From: Bigelowiella natans CCMP2755
Lineage: Eukaryota; Protista; Cercozoa
NCBI GenBank assembly: GCA_000320545.1
Contig: ADNK01002468.1
Span: forward strand, 1,508-65,507
DNA length: 64,000 nucleotides
Direction of reading: 5' to 3'
The notes beneath the pieces were generated by a model. It saw only the letters and a list, made by a program, of their open reading frames with translations. It was not told where the DNA came from and made no database searches. Position numbers and translations under genes: made by a program. Of the stretch, positions 12,933 to 25,584 are shown piece by piece (within the stretch, counting starts at the first letter, position 1; every line of letters begins with the position of its first letter).

Positions 12933-14284
12933 GTGAGCTTCGATTTTGTAGATTTACCATTGGGTGTGTTAGATTTAGTTTGTAGTGTGTGTAGTCTGTG
13001 TGTAGGGGGGGGGGGGGGGGGTAGTTTAACGCTTTCTGTGCTGATTGGACTACTTTGCAAGGTTGATGCAGGAGGCGGCAGCTGTGCAGAGCGATCCACG
13101 CCGAAAGTAGTGGATTCTGATTGGATAGATAAACATGGAGAACTCTAAAGAAATGGACAAATCCCAGGACAGAAAGAAATCTGGCAGCGCAGAATTTGAC
13201 CTAGGATATATAAACGCTCTTCAGGAAATTGGGCGTAAAGAGCACTGGTGGGTGAATTCAACGGAGATCCACCTCAAAGGGGACTCACCTGCCGTTGGAG
13301 ACGTTTCAAATGTTTACAGGGCGGAATGGCGTAAGGCTTCTATAGTAGTGAAGTGTGTAAAAAATACTCTCAGGTCAGCACTAACTCCAAGCTAGTTACA
13401 TATCGCAGGCCTCGTAACAATATCTATTTTGCTGATATATACAGTGATACCAAGAAGAGGATGGAGGAGCTGGTAAGAGAGATCGCAGTATGGAAAACGA
13501 TTCGACATCCTAACATCGTTATGTTCCTGGGAGTCTCCTTTAACCCCGACCTGGTACGAACATCTTGAGTAACATCCACATATAAGAAGCGTTGCAATGA
13601 AATTTTGCGTGCGATAATACCTAATATGACACTGCTACCTCCTACCAGGGCCTCATGGTTCTCCTTGAGGAAATGCCGGGTGGCTCTCTGGATAAGTACA
13701 TGAAACAGAGGACCTCCATTGACAAGACAGAGATCATTAGTATTGCGCACAACGTCGCCAATGCGTGCGCTTTCCTTCATAGCTGCAAGCCCCCCATTGT
13801 CCATGGGGATATCCATCCTGAAAATATACTTTTTACCCAATTCGGTGAGCCCAGAATCAGCGACTTTGGATTAAGCAACTTCGTCGCAGATGCACACAGC
13901 GAAAAGAAGGTGCGCGACATCATTAGGGAGCTCTACCTGGCGCCAGAGGTTCTCCGAAAAGGGGGGCAGGCCATTTTAGAGTCGGATGTGTACGCATTCG
14001 GAGTGCTGCTGCTGGATCTTTTTACGATGAAGAGTCTGGAGGAGGAGGGAAGTTTAGATTCTGCAAGCAAAAACGACTCGAAATCGAGCAAAATGCGCTA
14101 TAAAGATGCAACTTCATTTTTGGACGTTACTGTCAAGTTTAAGAAGAGAAGTATCCCTAGCTTCATATATCATATGATAGTCCGATGTATACAGCCGGAC
14201 CCTGGAAGAAGGGCTTTATTCTCGGATCTTGCGGATGAGTTTGAGAAACTAGATGAAGGAAAAGCAAAGTGCGCCTTGATGTGA
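12933..14284 (+). CDS. tyrosine-kinase-like (TKL) protein kinase, 4 exons, C-terminal CaaX
   Basis: Motifs VYRAEW..IVVK, EIAVWKTIRHPNIVMFLG, LEEMPGGSL, PPIVHGDIHPENIL, SDFG, YLAPE, SDVYAFG, CIQPDPGRR; ends KAKCALM*. Confidence 0.88.
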
Positions 14285-14569
14285 CGGTGATTTGAATCTA
14301 CCAGCTTGAACTTGCTGGAAGAAGTGATTCGTGTAGATGACTAAAAAGTCATATTTTAACCATCTAGTCAAAAAAATCTGGGTAAAAGTTCTTTATTGAC
14401 AGCCCATAGTATGTAAAGCAGAACGAATTGTAACTCTTTGAAGAATGGCGTTTCAGTTAGAGTTATTGGACGTTTCATTACAGCGCTGCATGATACAGTA
14501 TAACTAGTGTTAAGCAAGGCAGTAAGAATCATATTGAGTCAACGATAAGTTGAACAGGCAGACATATTT

Positions 14570-14654
14570 GACACGAATGTAATAAATGAATAAATTACAT
14601 TCGATCTATCAATGGTCATCCGAATGTATCTGTGCAAAGCTACGGCTGCAGCGC
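14570..14654 (-). repeat. decayed TIR copy
   Basis: GACACGAATGTAAT...TCAATGGTCATCCGAATGTATCTGTGCAAAGCTACGGCTGCAGCGC. Confidence 0.65.
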
Positions 14655-15207
14655 TTAAATGGTGTTACGTTGGTTCATGTGTTCATGTGAACTTTGGCAG
14701 TTTAGATTGGGCTGCTCTGCTGAATTAAAGCAAAGATTATTGCAAAGCGAGCGAATATTACTTCACGGCAGGCCGGTGTTAGGCGAAACACAAGACTACT
14801 CATAGCGTTACAGACAATAAACTAGCAAATACCATATGTCCATTGCACATATACACATGATTGCACTGGTGTAGGCTTCGCTCGTGTGTGTGTCTAAATG
14901 CGCATTTACATAGAACGCACACAATCATCTATATCTGCTCAATGTACATGCGCCGCCGCGACATGCCTCGCGTGCAGCATAGCGCCGTCGTTGTCAAGTT
15001 TAGTTGTGTCGTCGTAGTACGAAACTGCTATAAATTCTAGTTGCACGCGCTTGCGGTACGTATTCGCCCTGTATATTTACAGACTAGAGCGCTGTCTTTG
15101 CTAACGATCATTAGTACACATTTATTCACTAAAAACCCATGATGATCCAACAGTTATATGTCTTGTCGTACACCAAAGTTGACATATGGATATATGGAAC
15201 TCCCCAT

Positions 15208-18200
15208 TCAGTAGGTGAGGGACAAGACTTGGTATTTACCACCTCCGGAGCGTCTCGCGTTGCTGTCGGGGCGCATGGACGCCGCTTCTTCTAGCGTACG
15301 TCGGATATCTGCCTTGCACCTGATGACACCGACTTGCGTTTTACCCTCGATTTGGAGCCACAGCTTACGCTCTCCGTCCTTGGGCTTTCTGCCTGGAGGC
15401 ACGAATGTGCCTTTGGTAGTGATGGTACACTCGTAGCGTTCTTCTATATCAGCTACCACGGAGCGCTGCGTCATCTTATACCTCGCATACTGTGGATAAT
15501 CATTGATTTCGATCTCGTCAGTGTGGTAGTCTGGATTATTGTTGCCCATTGGAGCCACCTTGAGCTGCTTCCTGATGTTAGCTGCGACGATCGCCGCCCT
15601 CTGGGCTGCGGACGTAGGAAGATTGGCCACGTTGCTGGCGTCCATGACCTTTTTCACCTCTGCTTTGGCTGCAAGGAGGCTGAAATTCGTGCTGCTGCTT
15701 TCATTGCTAGCCTTCGCTTTGATCACCTTCTTTGCAGCCTTGGCAGCTTTCATCGCAGCTGCAATCTGTGCCTTGATCGGATCGATATCCTTCTTCTTGG
15801 CCGCCTCGGCCTCTCGCTTCCTCTCCTCGTCCTCCTTACGCTTCTGTTCCTCGAGGATGTAGTCCTCGTCAGTCTTCTCCTCGACACCATAGCCGATTCG
15901 TTCCCAACGCCTCTCGTTAGCTTGCGCTCGTGCTTCTTCCTCGTCGAATTTGTGGCCGCGGCCGTCGTAGCCCTTATTAGAGTAGTACTGCGCCTCTCCA
16001 CGAGACACCTTGGCCTTAAATTCGTCAGCCAGATCCTGAAGATCCTGAGGGATAACTTGCTTGGCTTTCTGCAGGCCAACAACAAGATCGAGAGCCAGCT
16101 GCTCCTCCTCCTTGGAGAGGAAGGTGATGGCGGTCCCCTTCTTCCCAGCCCTCCCAGTGCGGCCTATCCGGTGCACGTAATCTTCGTAGTGTGTCGGGGC
16201 GTCGAAGTTGACGACGAGAACTAGGTTCTTCACGTCAAGCCCGCGCGCAATGATGGAGGTTGCGACCATCAGCGTGCGCAGGCCGTTGCGGAAGTCCATA
16301 ATCGCGTAGTCTCGGTCAGTCTGGTCCATGTCTCCGTGCACGCTGAAGCACGGGTAGCCCGCATCTATGAGCTGCTGAAACAAGAAGTCGACCTCGTCTT
16401 TCTTGTTGCAGAACACCAGGATAGATCCGCGGGAGTACCATTTGCCGAGGATCTCGAGTAACCTCTTGAATCTCGTGTCCGGCTCTCTGACCTCTACGAA
16501 CTGCGTCACGTTATCTGTAGCCACCGAGCGCCCGCCAATCATGATCTCGATCGGCGACTTCATGCATACCTTGGCCAGCTTCTCGACGATACGTGGAAAC
16601 GTCGCAGAGAACATCACCGTCTGGCGGTCCGGCCGGACGTTCTGCACCACACGCATGATCTGCGGCTCGAAACCGAGGTCGAACATCCGGTCAGCCTCGT
16701 CGAGCACGAGGTAGGTGACCCGAGTGAGGTTGGTGACGCGGCCGCTGTTCGCACAAAGGAGGTCAATCATGCGGCCAGGAGTGCCCGTTATCACCTCAGC
16801 CCCACGTTTCAGCTCGGCAATTTGCTCTGCCACGGATGCTCCGCCGTACACGCAAACTGGGCGCAAGCCTAGAGGTTTGGCAAACTTACGTGCCTCGAGG
16901 TGTATCTGGATGGCTAGCTCGCGGGTGGGCGCGAGGATCACAGCCATAGGCCCCTCGTCCTTCTCCAACGGCCGTTGGTCGAGAATGTGACGGAACATGG
17001 GGAGCAGAAACGCCAGGGTCTTACCAGATCCCGTCTTGGCGATGCCGATTACGTCTCGACCAGACATGATGGCGGGGATGGCGGTCGCTTGGATTGGGAA
17101 GGGCTTCTTATACTCCAGCCGCTCAAGTGTGCGGTAGATCTTCTTTGGAAGCCCGCAATGGGTCCACTTCTTCACCGGCTTGGGACAGTTCCGCCCACGT
17201 ACGCGCACGTTGTCAAGCTCCTTCTTGCACATTTCCTTGACTTCCTCTGGTGTCATCATGGCAACCTCCGGCGACTCTATGTAAAACTTCTTGCGGAAGG
17301 GCTCATAGTCCATCTTCGAGTGGTCGACAGGCTTCAGATCCTTGAGTTTTGGTTTGTTCTTCTCCAGCCACGACAACTGATCCTTCATCTTCTTCGCGAG
17401 TTCCTTGTCGTCAAACATAGCCTCGTCTGTGTAGAACCGATCTTCTTTCTCCTTAGCATTCTTTGCGTCTATCGCGGCCTGCTTGTGCTCGCGCTTTCGC
17501 TTTCTTTTCTTCAGCCCGACCGCGGCCGCCATTTCCTCTTCGCTCTTTGCAGTCCCAATTGCGGACATGAACTGCTCGAGAGGATCGATTTCCTCCTCCT
17601 TCTCCCCCTTTGCAGCGCTGCTATCGTTCTCTTCATTGCTGCTGACTTTCTCGTCGGCGCCTTCCCCTTCTTCTTTTGCCCCTGAAGAGGAGTCGACATC
17701 ATCTACGCTGGTCCCCTTCTTCTTCTTCCCCTCCTTCTTCTCACCGGTTCCATCTATCTCCATCTCGTTGGAGGGGGATGTCGATGCGTTGCTGTCTGAA
17801 TGTCCCTCTGTTCCTTTCTCCTGCTCTTTCTTCTTCGCCTCTTCGGCTTTTCGTTCAGCCTCTTGTGCACTCTTGGTTACAGCCGCTGCTGCAGCCTCCG
17901 CATCCATCTCCTGCTCTACATTCTCGTCTGCAGTTTTTGCCCCAACCTGGCCAGTAATCAAGGCAAAAGAATGAACAAGAAGCGTCAGCGAATATTTTTA
18001 AAGGCATGACGGAAGATGAGTGGGGAATAGGATGCGGAGAAGAATACCCCTGTCATGCATATACATTTAACTAGTGCAAAAGTACAATTACTGTTAGCCT
18101 ATCACCACTACAAATCGCTCGCACTACCTTTGGACACCAGATATCTTCGTCGTAACTCCATTCATTGAGGTCAGGATCCCAGAAATTCCAGTAAGTCTGC

Positions 18201-19483
18201 ACTCTGTCGGGGGTCGGCGCCTCGCTCTCCACGAACATGCATGGGCCTTGATCTGTTTTCCAGTCTCTCCCCACTATCCATTGCTTCTTAAGCTTCCAGT
18301 AGTACAGAAAGAACTCGTTCTCTTCGTGCTTATACACTGGAGGCTTAAAGCCTATCATCTCCACGTAGACACCCATGAAAGGTGCTCCATCAAACTTCTC
18401 TTTCGGGCCCTTCATCTCGAAACGCTGGGCCTCTCTAGAGCCCGCCCATGCCTTGATTTCCTCCTCTGAAGGTAAGCGACGGAGAACAAGGTCTTCAGTT
18501 TCTACCCACTCTCCTGTTTCCCCATCATAGAAAGACCAAGGCCGTGCTATTTGGTCGGGAGTGCGAGCCAGCGTGTCCACGAATACTAGCCCCAGCTCAC
18601 TCGAGTAATTCTCGCCGATGATCCACTGGCGCTTTGGCCTCCAGTAGTAGAGATATTTCTTGCCGCCCAGTTCATCGTACACTCGGCCTTTCAGCTCCTT
18701 GTTCTCTACGAATGTCCCCAAGAATGGTGCTCCATCGAACTCTTCTGTGCCGATGAGTTCGTAGACAGCCGCTACCCACTTCTTAGGCTGTTTTAGTTTG
18801 GGCGCCTGCATTACTGGCTCCTTAGTGTTCACAACCCCTTCTTCTGAGACATTCCCTTTTGGTAGATCAGCATTTTCTTCCTTCACTGTTACCTCCGCGT
18901 CATCACTACCATTGACAACAACATCCATTGGTTCTCCGCCTTTATCCTCCTCTTTCACCACAATTTTTTCCGATTCTGGATTATTTTTCGCTGAAGCTTC
19001 TGTTAGGGATCCCGCCGACTCATTCTTATTCTTGGTCGCCAACTTGGCCTTGATGGCTGCTAATTGGGCCGCCAAATCAATCTTCTTCTGCTCTGCAGGG
19101 GCAGCGGCTACAGCAGCACCATCTTTTGTTTTCTCGTCCTCCTCCCCCTCAGGTTTTTTTTCTTCCGTGGGTATACCTTTCTTTGCCTTCCATAGCTTAA
19201 GCCTCTGTCTGCGTTCCTCTAAAAGTTTCTCTTTCTCTTCCTTCTTCTTTGCTTTCTTCTCCTTTTTCTTGTCCTTTTTGCGCTTCTCGCGATCTTCCTC
19301 GGCCGAGCCCTCATCGCTTGCCCTCCTCTTGTCCTTTTTGGATTTTTTCCTAGATTTATCCCGTTCCCTTGAATCCTCATGATCACTCTTGCGACGTTCT
19401 CGCCTTGCCTTCTTTGCAGCCTTACGAATCGTGTCTTCTGAGTCGCTGCGAGACTCTGAGCGCCGGCGCGATCGTTTCCCCAT
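15208..19483 (-). CDS. PRP5: DEAD-box RNA helicase Prp5/DDX46 (2 exons; intron 18127-17947)
   Basis: RS/charged N-terminus; motifs AKTGSGKT, PTRELA, LDEADRMFDLGFEPQ, SAT and HRIGRTGRAG; C-terminal EIEINDYPQ.ARYK region typical of DDX46. A phase-0 GT-AG intron joins ORFs 18071-19483 and 15208-17961. Confidence 0.93.
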
Positions 19484-20479
19484 TTTTAATTGTATCTGAT
19501 CCGCGTCTAATCACTCGGATAAACGATATGCAACACTTTTGTTGAATGATTTCAATGTAGACTAATGGCAGGAACCAAATCCCAGCGGGGGGAGCGGGGG
19601 CTGGGAAAGACGAGGTGATACCAAGTCGAGTCCGGTGCCAGGGCTTGATTTTGTGAGCCTACTCTGATAGCATTTTTGAAAACATATATTTAATTTCAAA
19701 TCTGTTTTATAGTAGCGACACAAAATATAACGCAAATTCATTGGTCACTAAGACGGCGTTGGTAGAAGGCATTAGGCTGGTAAATTAATCACATGGCTGA
19801 GGTTCTCGCAACCAGATCAATTCAGAACTTGGATTCTCCGAGGAAGCAGATGGATGAGAAGAATGCAATTTGATTGTGCTAAACGGTAACTGCCAGGATG
19901 CAAAAAAAGGAGGAAATCTAAATGAACCTCGTCCTATGGACTAACAATTAATTTTATGTTGGAATTGATCTGTGATTTGGTGAAACGACATCAATTTTCC
20001 TGTACGATCCAGGTCGATCGATGTGGCTTGGCACCGCCGGATGTGTGCAAACCTCAACTTTCTCTGAAGATCTAGTTGATTGAGGTCACGGATGAGTCAG
20101 CATAGGTCATCTTTCAACAGCTCCTGTGGAACTGATACGCTTGTTCATTCATACATTCCAGTGTTCATTCATTCGTTCTGTGGAACTGCATGTGAAGTTC
20201 ACATCGTTCACTCAGTTTGCATGTTGGTTTTTTTTGCGTGCGTGTCGTGGAGGGTGGGTCCAATGAGGCCAAACTCAAGCGCATGCGTAGCGTGCAGATT
20301 TTCGGCACAATCGCAAGATGTGTGCGTGTCATTTGGCTGGTCAAGCTAGCAATATGTGAACGCGTCTTGTAGTCTAGGCGTGTGCGTGCATGGATGGTGT
20401 CCAGATCCAGCACGTGACGTGGACGCTGCTAGCTAGCTAGGCTGCACTGGCTAGCTGGCACACCTGGACACGTGTACGA

Positions 20480-20777
20480 ACTGCAACGAATCGACGTGAT
20501 CTTTGCATGCTTTTGATGATGGACACAGTGACATCATGCACATGTGACATGTCTAGATGTGTCTGCATTGCTAGATTGCGTTGTCTGTGAGCTTTTTGCA
20601 TGCACCAGTCTAGCAGTGCATGATCATGTCGAAAAGAACAATGATGAAAAACACCTGCGACAAACATGCACAGATCTAGAGATGTTGTGAGCGCTGTCTA
20701 GCTGTGGCCGCAGCATTGAAAAGCTGACCAAAAATTGAAAAATCTAGAAGTTCATGATCACATCATCACATCCGTCT
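20480..20777 (+). repeat. heavily scarred copy of the element's right end
   Basis: ATGCTTTTGA...GAAAAACAC...GACAAAC...GAGCGCTGT[CTAGCTGT]GGCCGCAGCATTG...TTGAAAAA...CATCACATCCGTCT is collinear with 37790-37927 once the CTAG insertions are removed. Confidence 0.6.
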
Positions 20778-21749
20778 AACGCGTGCAGGTCGACTGTTTA
20801 GCTGTGTCTGATGAGTGTTTTGTTTGTTGTATACCATGTAGTTGACGGGCGGGTGCTTACCTCATGCGAAATTCATCAGCGCTGTGCCAATCTAGCAACA
20901 CAATGTGCGCATGCGTGCTGACTGTCACATGCAGCATAGCAGAGCTAGACTAGCTAGCTAGTCTGGACATTACTAGATTAGCTAGAGAGTCCAGGAGGCC
21001 AATCATGGATATTCCTAGATTTTGCGTGCATTGCGCGAGAACATTTCAAGACAACAATGGTGCGTAGACTTGCAACATGCATTGAGCGCGTGCAGGTGAT
21101 CTGTTATTGGCCTAGCTAGCGGGGGTGCAGGCAAAAAATGTGGCGATCTATGCTGCCCATCTAGCCAATTACGCACGCATTTTTCACGTTTCCGCCAATA
21201 AGAACACGCATAGCATGCATGTGGTTGTATTTCTGGCCTAAGTATGAAGTATGCAGTGATTATCTCGTGTATACTTTAATAATGATTAAATATTATTAGT
21301 AGATGTGTTATGACTAGATATAAGTGTTTACTACTCCTTCAGCAGAATTTTGGGGTGACATCATATGTGGACGCAAAACTTAAAATACGTAAACCAAATA
21401 TTCTACGCAATTTGTTTGAGTATTAGGAGTAGCTAATGACGTAGAGTAACTAACTTTTAAACAACTTGGTCAAACCTGTTCTACGCGCAAGCTACATAAG
21501 CGTAAAAGAGTGCTGTTAAAGACGTTTCTTCAAAATCAGAAATTCTTATTTTACGGCGATATTTCTGCATTATAATTATTTTCATTTGAATTGAGACGCG
21601 GAGTTCGAGTCTGGATCTTTATCCTGAAATTACGTGACAAATAAGCGTGAAAGAGATGCCAGCTGAGCGGAAGCGGATATTCAATCATAACAGAGAAAAA
21701 TGACGACTAGGGGAGTGTAGATTGTGCAAGAGTTGGTGAGTGAATCAGT

Positions 21750-23280
21750 GGACGAGTGAGAAAGGGGGGACAATGTGACGAAGAAAAGGAATATAGACAG
21801 GGAGCCCTTGTTCTAGTGCAAGCATGGTCACGACGATACAATTCGAATGGAACGACGTCTGAGAGTGGGTTCGAGGATTCATAATAAATAATTTACGTTC
21901 TTGCCATCATTGCTAGGGTTGCTTGTTCTAGACTGGTCCTCAAAAGATGGGTCACTTCTTTTGTTATTGGGAATCCGAGGCGCAGGTTTTTTGAAGGAGC
22001 CAGGCGGCCTAGGAGCGGGTCTCATGAAGGCACTGCTTCCTCCACCTAATGACTTTCCCTCCGTCTTTTTTGATGAACTTGTTGATGACTTTGAGTCTCC
22101 CTTATTGCTAGACCTTTCTCCTGGTGTGAAAGAGACGCTCTCTATGCATGCCTGTGGGGGAAAATTTTCACTTATTCATCCCTTACGCACGTGGTGCATG
22201 ATGCGAGCTTCAATTTACCGAATAAACTGCTCTTGCTCGATTGTTATGGCCTGGTGTCATTGGAAGTACCATGTGGCTTTCGGTTCTCTGAAACCTATGT
22301 GCGACATATTTTCATTTTTTCATTTCAAATAAACGTAATACGTGAGAAGTGGCGAGAGAGGCAAATCGATGTCACGAGAGCGGAAACAATGAACGTGGTA
22401 TACCCTGCTTGCTGGAGAATGACCAATGATGTATCAGATAACTTTCCTTTCACCTTCGAAAAAATAGAATTCATTGAGACTACGAAACCATAAATCAGAG
22501 GAATTTCTTCTCATCATGTGTGGTGTGTGGTTGCACCTTGTTTAAATTTATTGATCTCCATTTTGGATTCGTGTGGTCCTCTACGCACCTCTCCTGGTAA
22601 TAAGTAAGCAGTATATCAGGACCATCTTCAACTCACACAGATGGTTCGAAAATTTTCTTTTCGGGGCAATAAGATGAGAAATAAAATAGAAGAATGCTTC
22701 CCAGCCACTCGAATCTCCTCTAGCAGAGTGCCGACTAAGTACCGACCAAGATTCGCATCAGCAGCTTTGTTTCCTCCCCACTCAGGTATGACATGATGTG
22801 AGGTTTAAAGTGATCCCTTTATTGGTTTTCAGGGCTGGTGCAGGATTGCTCTTTTAGTGGCCAATCCCTCCCTCGGAGGCTAAACTCGTGGTTGGCTTCT
22901 GTGGCTGTGGCTGTGTGCAGTCGAAGGATAGATTCATCCCTAATAATTCCTTTCATATTTTAATCCAGTCGGCTTTTAATCATCTGCGACAAATAAAACG
23001 TGAATCAAAATGGCAATGTTCGCCTGGATTCACTGCATTGAAAGATGAATATTCTTCGAATTTGACTCTGGCAGTTCCTTCTTTCCTTTCTTTTCCCGAC
23101 GACGCAGCTTACTCTTTTTTATGATTTGGCAAAAAGGCCATGCAAAGTCAGCTTCTGTACGATGTTTTCCCGATGATCGTCGAGTTGGAATTCGGAGCCA
23201 GTGTACAGTGTAGTGTGAAGCAATATCAGAAGACTGATGCCCTTGAGCGACACCGCCTACTTCTAACATCATACTCATAA
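21750..23280 (-). CDS. hypothetical multi-exon protein (boundaries approximate)
   Basis: An open minus frame ACIESVSFTPGERSSNKGDSKSST...RPAPRPPGSFKKPAPR is preceded by a phase-compatible exon FQRTESHMVLPMTPGHNNRARAVYS and further short AT-rich introns. No family recognised. Confidence 0.4.
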
Positions 23281-23407
23281 TACGAGTACGCCAAAGGAAG
23301 GGGTGAAAATCGAATAAATGCAGGTGATTTTGTACACTATCTCGATACTGCCCGGGGTTCAAGAATGGATGGCCTCACGTGCATCGATAATTAGACTCTA
23401 GTTCCCC

Positions 23408-25584
23408 ATGCGACGACGACGTGCCAGGATACCCACCTCTACGCTATGGTGTTTTGTTTGCGTCGTCACCACTGCGGCTGCGGTTGCAGCTGTCAGCATC
23501 GCGGGCATAGGACTGGGGCGTCCAGGATTGTTGGAGAATGGACGCATATGGCGAGCTTCGCGTAGGCTTTCGAGTGTGAGTGGGATTTGTGGTGCTGCAA
23601 GGTGTGTCTTCACAGCTGACTTGAATATCCACACACGCAGTGTATGGTGATACATCTCTTTTTTGGGGGGGGGGCGGGGAATTAAATAATAGAACTGGTT
23701 GTAGAGTCTATGGAGAATTTCCGACAGAAACGGAGAATTCCAGCAAATTACGGGTTGGGATCATCGGAGGAGGAATCGGTGGGCTTGCAACGGCGTTGGC
23801 ACTACGATCTTACTGTCCAGAGAAGATTGCACATATTGACATTTTTGAAAAACGCGAAAGAAACGCTGATTTCGGGAAAGGGACAGGACTGATGCTTTGG
23901 AAGAACGGTCTAATACCAGTATTCTTTTTCACTGCTGTAGTAAGAAGCTCACTCCAGACCTTTGTTTTATCTCACTTTAAGGTTTGAAGGTTCTCCAGCA
24001 AATTGATGAGGTTCAATCTCTCGGCGTTTTTGATTCTATGATAAAGAATAGTGTAAAACTCATGGGCACGGAGATGGATTCTTTCGGTGACAAGAAGTCA
24101 TTGAGAGTTGATTCAGGAATGGTTGGAATCCAATGGTCCGCCTTTCATAAAACGTTGCATGATGGCATAAAAAATTGGGATGATGGCAGTATCACTTTAC
24201 ATTATGATCATGCTTGCAGAGATATAGCAAACTTAAAGGATGTGGATAAGGTGAGGCAACAGACTCATGTGTTACACCTCCCCCTCCACCATTCCCATAT
24301 CTTTTTCTGTGTTAAGTTGTAAGATTCATGCTTTATTTGTTTGTGTATTGCCAATCTTTAAAGGTTCAAATCACTTTCGAGAGCAGAGATGGGGAAGAAA
24401 TGAAAGAAATCATGTGCGAATATGACCTCGTAGTAGCAGCAGATGGTATCAACTCCCGTATTCGTAGTAAACTGTTCGATGACACGCCGCCAGTGCCGCA
24501 GGGTAGGGCCATATTTAGAGCCGTGATTGAGAATTCCAAGGCTGAAGACGCAAGTAAAGGAGGCGATATTAAACTACCACCCAACAAAGATGATCAAACG
24601 TTGATGTGCTTAAGAGATCCAAAGTATGGTGACATCATCTGTGTGTGTGTGCGAAAGTAGAACCACATAACACGGGGACAATATGAGTCAAAATAAGCGC
24701 AATTACAGTCATCTTCCCCATCATCATTGATCATCATCAATCACAACCATTATACGATGGCTGTCACCACATAGGAAAATTGTTGCATTTCTTCCTGTGA
24801 GCAACGAAGCAACTTATTGGGCAGCTACAATTCATAAGGATGCTAATGAGAGGCTTGCTAAGGTGTCAAACCGTGTAGATGGAATATTCATTCACAAAAT
24901 CAATAATTCAGAATATAAAATACATTGAGTGCTTACGATATTGCCACGTACAAGAAAGTTTCATTTTAAACAATCAGGACGGGGCAGAGGCCAAAGAGTT
25001 GCTCTTGAGTGCTGAGTACGAGATGTACCCTGAACTCCAAAAAATGGTGGAGCTGACTCCCCCTGAGAAGATCTTCTACAACCATCTTAAACAGCTTGAG
25101 CCACTTGCAACCTGGGTGAATCGTCGTGTGGTACTAATGGGTGATGCAGCACACGCGATGATCCCTGCTGCTGGGCAGGTTTGTTAGGGAGAATAGGGGG
25201 GGAATGCTGGTGAACACTGGAAGGAGGGTGAGTAAAGCTGTTTACATTTTTTCATTAATACAGGGAGTTGGAATGGCTGTTGAGGACGCACAACAGCTAG
25301 CTGTAAGCCTGGCAGGATGCAAAAATATAGACGATGCTCTGAATCATTATGAGACCGTTCGAATCCCTCGCGTTACACAGGTAAATGTTTGGCGATGGAG
25401 AAAGTGTTCGTTCCACTTTTGAGTTTTGCTCCGACCGCTCGGTAACATTAGATTAGTTTAAATTTGAGCAAAATATGCGTACAAATGTCGTCAGGTTCAG
25501 ATTCAAAACGCTCAGGACGCGCGGGATTCTTACGTGAAGTTTAAAAAAACTTCAAAACTTGATAGAGAAGAATACAATCGGTGA
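23408..25584 (+). CDS. FAD-dependent monooxygenase (class A; salicylate hydroxylase/zeaxanthin epoxidase-like), multi-exon
   Basis: GIIGGGIGGLATALAL (GxGxxG), DLVVAADGINSRIR (DG motif) and VVLMGDAAHAMIPAAGQ-GVGMAVEDA (GD motif); stop TGA 25582-25584. Confidence 0.88.

Noticed and set aside
15215-19382. Long plus-strand ORFs over PRP5, and antisense ORFs over ABCC and VPS13
   Set aside because: Antisense shadows of GC3-rich coding sequence.
20000-21230. CRISPR-like or tandem satellite explanation for the recurring CTAG words
   Set aside because: There is no constant repeat/spacer period. Only the 4-bp core recurs, with locally duplicated flanks.
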